From the NCBI GenBank assembly GCA_963727775.1, contig CAVSHB010000001.1:96001-160000 (forward strand): DNA of 64,000 nucleotides, in the 5' to 3' direction. Shown here piece after piece: positions 57,584 through 64,000 of this stretch; the stretch's first letter is position 1, and each line of letters begins with the position of its first letter. The stretch comes from an uncultured Nitrospiraceae bacterium. Lineage in GTDB: Bacteria; Nitrospirota; Thermodesulfovibrionia; Thermodesulfovibrionales; SM23-35. The translations under genes were made by a program, and so were the position numbers. The notes below the pieces were generated by a model that was not told the origin of the DNA, did no database searches, and saw only the letters and a list, made by a program, of their open reading frames with translations.

Positions 57584-57979
57584 TTAGTGATGCTCTGCTG
57601 TCTCTGCAGCCTCGGCCTCGGCTTCGGCTTTTGTCTTGTGTACCGTTCCGTCAGGATGATTCGGAGGAGTGTAAATCGTGTATAGTTTAAGCAGGTTATC
57701 TTGAGATGCATTGATTACATTATGGTATGTGCCAGCAGGCACCACCACGGCATTACCGTCACCGACAACGTGTTCCTCCTTACCGTCAAAGACAAACTTA
57801 GCCTTACCTTCTTCTATCCGAAAGAACTGATCAACATTCTGGTGTCCTTCGTTTCCGATTTCCTCTTCGGGTTGCAGACACATTACTACAAGCTGACTAT
57901 GCTTGCCTGTAAATAACACCTGCCGAAAATAGCCGTTCTTTAACGTTGCTTGCTCAATGTTACCAACATAGGGTTTCAT
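57584..57979 (-). CDS. Cupin-domain protein
   Basis: FRQVLFTG..SQLVVM, DQFFRIEEG, VPAGTYHNV, KLYTIY.PP.H. Confidence 0.88.
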   Translation of the reverse strand: MKPYVGNIEQATLKNGYFRQVLFTGKHSQLVVMCLQPEEEIGNEGHQNVDQFFRIEEGKAKFVFDGKEEHVVGDGNAVVVPAGTYHNVINASQDNLLKLYTIYTPPNHPDGTVHKTKAEAEAEAAETAEHH

Positions 57980-58098
57980 TATCCATACCTCCGTCATATT
58001 TATGCATTTGTGAAAATTGCGACACTACATTATTATTGTTTATATATTAAAATTTATTGCAATTCAACGAGCAATTCAATAGGAAGTTCCCCAAAAAG

Positions 58099-58500
58099 CT
58101 ACGTTATTTTTATCTCAGCCTGTTCACTTCCTATCAATTGCAGGATTTTTTCTATCTTGAAGTGAACCAGATGCTTTGGACCTTTTGCTTTGTCTTCTTG
58201 AGGCGATAACCAGCTTCTAGTCATCCTGGCAATCAGGTCAGGTTCATTATCCTCTTTGATCATCTTGAGATAGAGCCTAATACCAGAATATCCTGTCCCG
58301 CCTTCCACAAAAAGATATGTGGCATATGGATTTGCCTGAACATTATGATAAGTAAGTCTCTCTCGCAGGAGAAAGGCAACCGTACCATCTTCAAATACAT
58401 GGGGTCTTGAATAAATGGCGGCATCCACCATACCATCTTTGTCTGCCGTAGCCAAGACCCCTGTTCCGTGATTTGTGTCAAAGTATTTTTTTAGATTCAT
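58099..58500 (-). CDS. Pyridoxamine 5'-phosphate oxidase-like protein
   Basis: GVLATAD..G.VDAAIYSRPH, NVQANP. Confidence 0.8.
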   Translation of the reverse strand: MNLKKYFDTNHGTGVLATADKDGMVDAAIYSRPHVFEDGTVAFLLRERLTYHNVQANPYATYLFVEGGTGYSGIRLYLKMIKEDNEPDLIARMTRSWLSPQEDKAKGPKHLVHFKIEKILQLIGSEQAEIKIT

Positions 58501-58508
58501 TTATTCTC

Positions 58509-59063
58509 CTATTGCTGTACTGTTTTGATAAGTTTTGAGGTATCGTATTTTTTCTCACGCAAGAGGGATAGAATTCCTTCATATACTGTGTTATCCATTT
58601 CTTTCGTGCGGCTAAGAATCCAGAGATATTTTCTATTTGGATGTCCAATAACTGCATATTCGTAATCCCTACCCAGATCAATAATCCAGTAGTCTCCTGC
58701 AAAGAACCAAAAAAAAGACACCTTTAGTTTGGCATTTGTTTCTTTATCAACAACCCATGCTTTCCCTTTTGCAGACCTTAGATTCCCGCTAAATGAGCCG
58801 TCATAACACTCATTCAGGACAGAAACCTTCCCGTCATCCATAAGTGTATAGGTTGCCTTACTCCCCACACAGCCCTTCTGAAAGCTGTTCGGGTATCGGG
58901 CGATCTCATACCACCGTCCCATATATCGGGTGAGATCAACATGTGTAACTGTTGCTAATGGTTCCGATGGTTCTTTTTCCATATATTTGCATCCTAACAC
59001 AACAAGCAAAGCTGAAGCGATAACTCCAAGAAAAAGAGGGCTTGATATGTATTTGTGCCTCAT
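58509..59063 (-). CDS. blc: Outer-membrane lipocalin (Blc-like)
   Basis: Lipobox VLGC, RYMGRWYEIAR, KLKVSFF, YLWILSR. Confidence 0.9.
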   Translation of the reverse strand: MRHKYISSPLFLGVIASALLVVLGCKYMEKEPSEPLATVTHVDLTRYMGRWYEIARYPNSFQKGCVGSKATYTLMDDGKVSVLNECYDGSFSGNLRSAKGKAWVVDKETNAKLKVSFFWFFAGDYWIIDLGRDYEYAVIGHPNRKYLWILSRTKEMDNTVYEGILSLLREKKYDTSKLIKTVQQ

Positions 59064-59410
59064 TTGGATTCTTTGTACTGGATGAGATTGCAATCACAAC
59101 CTTTTTGCCGTAAGATTTTGACCTGTTTTATTATAGGGTGTACAAAAATGGTTTGAATCATACTCCCTGTTGCAAGTGTCTCATCCAATGGACTATTGTG
59201 ATTATAGCCCCTTGCAAGCATCTCCTGAACAATCTCCTCATGAACTGTGAATAATGCCTTCAGCTTCCCTTTCCATCTCTTTGTCTCAGGATGATTGGCA
59301 TACCCTGCCTTTCCCTGTGTCAGAATATTCCACATGGCATGAAGTTCATTATGTTCCCCAATAAGGTGTTTACTGCATAGACAATTTGGAGGGATGTCCC
59401 ATATTCTCAT
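59060..59410 (-). CDS. Pyrimidine dimer DNA glycosylase (T4 endonuclease V-like) family protein
   Basis: MRIW....L..KHLIGEH.ELH, HPET.RW, EMLARGYNH. Confidence 0.75.
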   Translation of the reverse strand: MRIWDIPPNCLCSKHLIGEHNELHAMWNILTQGKAGYANHPETKRWKGKLKALFTVHEEIVQEMLARGYNHNSPLDETLATGSMIQTIFVHPIIKQVKILRQKGCDCNLIQYKESK

Positions 59411-59605
59411 TTTTTATTATATCCAATGGAAGTCACTGTTAAATGTCCTGCAACACCTTCTTCAACGCCTCTATAGGATGCAGGTATTTTCTCCCTTTCA
59501 TGATGGTTCGGATAATTCTTTAACTTTCAGAATTTTCATATTCTTTCCAATTCTTAATATGGGTTAATAGAGAACTCTCCAGTTTGATCTATGAGATTTA
59601 TCAAA

Positions 59606-60094
59606 TTATCTTGAAATCCATTCTGAAACAGTCTGAAATCTATTGACATGGATACACCGGGTGATTTTTACGAATATCAATTTCGTTTCAGTAGAACGAA
59701 TGATCTCATTAAGATTAGGATGCTTCCGCATAAGTACCCGGGCTAATGCTGACCACTTGCCACCTTTTCTCACAGGCATGGCATTCCCTAAAATAGTCAA
59801 AGATTCAGCACTCATATAATCTTCTTCTGTATTAGATCGTGTATCAATGAGAAGGGAGACGCGATTGTCTTTGAGGATATTTTTATATTTCTGTGTCTTT
59901 CGGGGTGTAGCAAATACAATCCCTTTCTTGTCGGGAGTAAGTGCGTAAGCGATCATAGATGTATAAGGTTGTCCATCTAATGCGGTTGCGAGTACAGCAT
60001 GAAGCTGGCCTTTATCTAAGGCGTTTAACCTTTCGAGTATGGGTGCGCTGCCTTTTTTTACTCTGTCAGGTATTGATTCCTTTGATCTTTTCAC
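59606..60094 (-). CDS. Pyridoxamine 5'-phosphate oxidase-like protein
   Basis: AVLAT..GQPYTSMIAY, FATPRKTQKYKNI..VSLLID. Confidence 0.82.
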   Translation of the reverse strand: MKRSKESIPDRVKKGSAPILERLNALDKGQLHAVLATALDGQPYTSMIAYALTPDKKGIVFATPRKTQKYKNILKDNRVSLLIDTRSNTEEDYMSAESLTILGNAMPVRKGGKWSALARVLMRKHPNLNEIIRSTETKLIFVKITRCIHVNRFQTVSEWISR

Positions 60095-60139
60095 ATTCCA
60101 CCTTATAGAGATTGAACATTTTCAATGTTTTTTCTAATA

Positions 60140-60637
60140 TCAGCGCAACACAACAATATACCAAACGAGTAAGAACAGGCTACTCCACCAGCCGGTAACT
60201 GATATAATAAAACTCATAGCGATCTTCATCTGAAAATCAGCAGGTAGAATTTCGCTTGCTTTTCCCTCTTTCTCTCTCTTTAAAAGATGTGGACTTACCC
60301 AGAAAGACAGGAAGGAACCGTTTAATATCAACACAACTGCAAGGACTGCATGGATAAATGAAATGCCCGAAAATCCAATATTCCTGTAAGTAATTAGACC
60401 ACCAAGAATCGCTAAAAAGATACCTATCCAAATGAGGGGTTTTGTAATTTTGTGTGTTCGTATTGTTGCCTCTGTCCAATAGGAAGATTTTCTACCTAAA
60501 AATCCATGAAGGTCAATAACAGTTACTGCTCCTAACCCAATAATAAATCCGGCAATGAAAAGAAAAAGTCCAAGAATATCTGTCCAGGAATAAACTTTAT
60601 TGCTCGAGATACCTAAATAAGCAAATAATTGTTCCAT
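60140..60637 (-). CDS. Four-TM membrane protein
   Basis: Four hydrophobic segments. Confidence 0.75.
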   Translation of the reverse strand: MEQLFAYLGISSNKVYSWTDILGLFLFIAGFIIGLGAVTVIDLHGFLGRKSSYWTEATIRTHKITKPLIWIGIFLAILGGLITYRNIGFSGISFIHAVLAVVLILNGSFLSFWVSPHLLKREKEGKASEILPADFQMKIAMSFIISVTGWWSSLFLLVWYIVVLR

Positions 60638-60796
60638 ATTTTATGGTGAAATTATATCACGTAATAACCAAATGAGCCAGCTATGTAGACAACAGGCTGT
60701 GAGTAGAAACTTAGTTTGTCTTTTGATATTGTATTGTATAATTTCAATTAGGATAGATGATGGTGTGCCTCTAAAAATGAAAATTAACAAAAGTTT

Positions 60797-61705
60797 ATGA
60801 ATATTGCAATCTTAGGTGCTCCCGGTTGTGTCGGTCGGACCATAATTAAGAAATTTCTTGATTCTTCGCAACATACGATCATAGCTTCGTATCGCATAGA
60901 AGAGGAGATTCCAAAAGATATTCAGAATGACCGTCTTGTTTGGAAACAGGTCGATCTTCTTAATCAATCAAGTGCAGAGAACTTTTTACAAGGTGCTGAA
61001 ATATTGATTTATCTTATACATTCTTTAGGAGCAAAAAATTTTGAACAGCTCGATATACAACTTGCAAATTCTGCAGGCAATGCAGCCAAGCACGTCGGTA
61101 TTAAAAAGATCATTTACCTCGGCGGCATTATTCCTGACAGCCGGAATGTGTCTCCTCATCTTATCAGCAGGATGAAGACAGGACAGGCCCTTGCTTCTTA
61201 CGGAATACCAGTCGGCGAAGTTCGTGCAAGCATACTGCTGGCAACCTGCAGCATGTCTTATCTCATTGTATATTTTCTCGCAAAACGACTTCCTGTCATG
61301 ATAACACCCCGTTGGCTGAATTCTCTCTGTGCACCCATTGCCCTTGAGGATGCAGCAAGTTTCCTCGCTGCTCTGCTCCCCCAGGATATCAAAGATCATG
61401 AAATTTTTGAAATAGGCTCTGATATTGTTCGATATCGGGAACTCCTGTCACTGTGTGGCAAAGCAATCCGGGGAGTTAGTAATATCATAATCCCTGTCCC
61501 TCTTTTTGCGGTACATCTGTCTTCTCTTTGGATCCAGTTGATAACCGGTGTCCCCAATGGCGTCGGAGTGGCGCTTGCTGAAGGGCTAAAAAGCGATACA
61601 ATACCTTCAAAAAACCGTTTCCGTGAGGTTACTGGAAGGGATCCGATTCCTCTCCAATCCATACTTAAACAGCTCTCAGAAGAAATGCGAAAGAAATCGG
61701 AATGA
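60797..61705 (+). CDS. Atypical SDR / NAD(P)-binding protein (YbjT-like)
   Basis: ILGAPGCVG, IYLIHSL, IIYLGG, SPHLISR. Confidence 0.85.
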   Translation: MNIAILGAPGCVGRTIIKKFLDSSQHTIIASYRIEEEIPKDIQNDRLVWKQVDLLNQSSAENFLQGAEILIYLIHSLGAKNFEQLDIQLANSAGNAAKHVGIKKIIYLGGIIPDSRNVSPHLISRMKTGQALASYGIPVGEVRASILLATCSMSYLIVYFLAKRLPVMITPRWLNSLCAPIALEDAASFLAALLPQDIKDHEIFEIGSDIVRYRELLSLCGKAIRGVSNIIIPVPLFAVHLSSLWIQLITGVPNGVGVALAEGLKSDTIPSKNRFREVTGRDPIPLQSILKQLSEEMRKKSE

Positions 61706-62022
61706 CAAAAAGAGGCTTTACTAATGCTCTAATTATCAGGAATGAAAAAGTTCCCGTCTTATTAATTTACGTTTATAATATTGCATTTAAGGCAATCTAA
61801 AAAATCAGTTTCAGGCAGCACTTCAAGCCGATCATTAGAGTATTGGGTTGAGAGTTATTTCCCGTAATCAGCAGAGGTCAGAAATTTTCGATGTATAGAC
61901 TTCTATGTGTTATCGAGGATCAGCGGATGTTCAGTACGCGGAATAATCCTTTTGATACAGATGCTACGTGGTTTGCAGTCTATGCCAAGCTCGATGCAAC
62001 TTTCAACAGGGTTAACTCTGGT

Positions 62023-62718
62023 TTATTTTCCGAATCTGCTTAACGCTTCTTTGGCTGCGAGGGTTTCTGCTTCTTTCTTGCTCTTGCCTTTTCCTGTGCC
62101 GAATTTCTCGCCGGATATGTGCACTTCGACAGTAAAAATCTTTCTGTGCTCCGCGCCCTCCTGCTTCACCATTTTGTATTCAGGGATAGTGCCGAACAAA
62201 AGCTGGGTATTTTCCTGAAGCTCTGTCTTAAAATCGTGGAACTCGCCGGACCCTATGACAATATCTATTTTTTCTATGAATAATTTTAATATGAGTGTCC
62301 TGGACGTTTCAAACCCGCCATCCAAATAAACCGCGCCAAGGACAGCCTCGGTCGCGTCTGCAAGCAGAGATTTTTTAGCCCTGCCGCCGGTGGACTCTTC
62401 TCCTTTGCCGAGCCTGAGATATTTCCCGAGTTCAAGGGAAACGGCGATCTCGGAAAGCACGGATTCTTTAACAAGATAGGACTTCGTCTTTGCCATGACG
62501 GATTCGGTCAACCGGCTGTTATACAAGAACAGATATTCAACTATCACAAATCCGAGAACTGAATCTCCCAGGAATTCGAGCCTTTCATTATATGCAGCGG
62601 CCGTGCCGGGATTTTCATGAAAAAAAGACCTGTGGGTGAGGGCTTCAATAAGTAAATTTTTGTTTTCGAAACGGTACCCGAGGCTGTTTTCTAATGTAGA
62701 GATATCATTTTCGAACAT
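62023..62718 (-). CDS. rnc: Ribonuclease III
   Basis: NERLEFLGDSVL, dsRBD DFKTELQE. Confidence 0.97.
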   Translation of the reverse strand: MFENDISTLENSLGYRFENKNLLIEALTHRSFFHENPGTAAAYNERLEFLGDSVLGFVIVEYLFLYNSRLTESVMAKTKSYLVKESVLSEIAVSLELGKYLRLGKGEESTGGRAKKSLLADATEAVLGAVYLDGGFETSRTLILKLFIEKIDIVIGSGEFHDFKTELQENTQLLFGTIPEYKMVKQEGAEHRKIFTVEVHISGEKFGTGKGKSKKEAETLAAKEALSRFGK

Positions 62719-62730
62719 CGATAGGTGGTC

Positions 62731-63975
62731 TTAATTTTGGAATTTCCTGAACAACAGACAGGCATTGGTCCCCCCGAATCCGAATGAATTCGATAAGGCA
62801 TAATTGACTGTCATCTTCCTCGCGTGGTTCGGCACATAATCGAGATCGCAATCCGGGTCGGGATTATCAAGGTTTATCGTAGGGGGGACAATATCGTTAA
62901 AAATACTGAGAGTGCTGATGACCGCCTCGACACCCCCGGCAGCTCCGAGCAAATGGCCCATCATGGATTTCGTCGAACTGACCGCGATCTTATATGCATT
63001 TTCCGCAAACACGGTTTTAATCGCGCTTGTCTCGATTTCGTCCCCGTATTTTGTTGAAGTCCCGTGGGCATTGATGTAATCTACTTCTGCAGGATGGACT
63101 TCTGCGTCTCTCAATGCCATATTCATGCACCTTGCAGCGCCTTCACCGTTTGGCGAAGGAGAGGTGATATGGTATGCGTCCGCACTCATACCATAACCGA
63201 CAATTTCCGCATATATTCTTGCGCCTCTCTGCACGGCGGTTTCAAAGCTTTCCAGTATTAAAATCCCGGCGCCTTCGCCCATGACAAACCCGTCTCTGTT
63301 AATATCAAACGGCCTGCTTGCCTTTCCCGGTTCATCGTTTCTTACAGACAACGCCTTCATCGCATTGAATCCGCCTATCCCCAGAGAAGTGATTACCGCC
63401 TCTGTACCGCCGGCGATCATGGCATCCGCATCACCCCTCTGGATAAGCTTATATGCGTCGCCGATTGAATGACTGCCTGTAGCGCAAGCAGTCGCCACCG
63501 CGGAGTTAGGGCCTTTTGCTCCGAACTTAATCGATATCTGCCCGGCGGCAAGATTTACAATAAGCATGGGAATAAAAAAAGGGGAAATCTTTCTCGGTCC
63601 CTTCTCAAGCAAGACATTATGATAATGCTCTATGGCATGCAGTCCTCCAATGCCGGACCCGACAGCGACACCGATTCTCTCCGCATTTTTGTCCGTAATC
63701 TTCAACCCGGAATCTTTAATCGCCATTGATGCTGCGGCGATTCCGAAATGGATAAACCGGTCCATCTTCTTTATCTCTTTGGGCTCAATGTAATCTTCAG
63801 GATTAAAGCCTTCTACCTCTCCCGCTATCTGAGTTGCAAAAGCAGACGCCTCAAACTGGGTGATCTTCCTGATGGCCGGCCTGCCGGCTATAATGCCTTC
63901 CCAGCTTTTTTCAACGCCGATGCCGAGGGGGGTTATCATACCTACCCCCGTAATTACAACTCTCTGTTTATCCAT
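62731..63975 (-). CDS. fabF: 3-oxoacyl-ACP synthase II
   Basis: TACATG, NAHGTST, GHLLGAAG, NSFGFGG. Confidence 0.97.
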   Translation of the reverse strand: MDKQRVVITGVGMITPLGIGVEKSWEGIIAGRPAIRKITQFEASAFATQIAGEVEGFNPEDYIEPKEIKKMDRFIHFGIAAASMAIKDSGLKITDKNAERIGVAVGSGIGGLHAIEHYHNVLLEKGPRKISPFFIPMLIVNLAAGQISIKFGAKGPNSAVATACATGSHSIGDAYKLIQRGDADAMIAGGTEAVITSLGIGGFNAMKALSVRNDEPGKASRPFDINRDGFVMGEGAGILILESFETAVQRGARIYAEIVGYGMSADAYHITSPSPNGEGAARCMNMALRDAEVHPAEVDYINAHGTSTKYGDEIETSAIKTVFAENAYKIAVSSTKSMMGHLLGAAGGVEAVISTLSIFNDIVPPTINLDNPDPDCDLDYVPNHARKMTVNYALSNSFGFGGTNACLLFRKFQN

Positions 63976-64000
63976 GTGCTTCTCAACCCGTCTTACGCCG

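Noticed and set aside
1..64000. rRNA, tRNA, CRISPR array, prophage or integron integrase
   Set aside because: None recognised by eye in this window

Overview
Bacterial chromosomal window. Gene content suggests an anaerobe, probably Nitrospirota (Thermodesulfovibrionia)-like; this is inferred only. Housekeeping genes (Lon-like protease, lipid A acyltransferase, nth, cofactor-independent phosphoglycerate mutase, hom, lipA, mazG, rnr, radA, rnc, fabF, a MacAB-type ABC exporter) alternate with accessory segments: (i) a redox and oxidative/nitrosative stress cluster at 5-18 kb (octaheme HAO-family cytochrome, rubrerythrins, flavodiiron protein, ferredoxin, 2-oxoacid:ferredoxin oxidoreductase, two radical SAM/SPASM enzymes); (ii) two integrase-less integron-cassette relics carrying nuclease and toxin-antitoxin genes with degenerate attC sites; (iii) a nested mobile-element stack (HEPN-motif gene split by an IS21 element, itself split by an IS1634 element) beside an inverted-repeat-bounded HUH transposase pseudogene; (iv) a copper and UV/light-stress-like island between radA and rnc. 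The most notable items missing from the ORF track are a 20-aa Cys-rich ORF right after an RRE-like radical SAM/SPASM gene (candidate RiPP precursor) and three dispersed copies of a three-way-junction element with variable paired stems and a conserved core. All calls come from reading the sequence; no searches were run.
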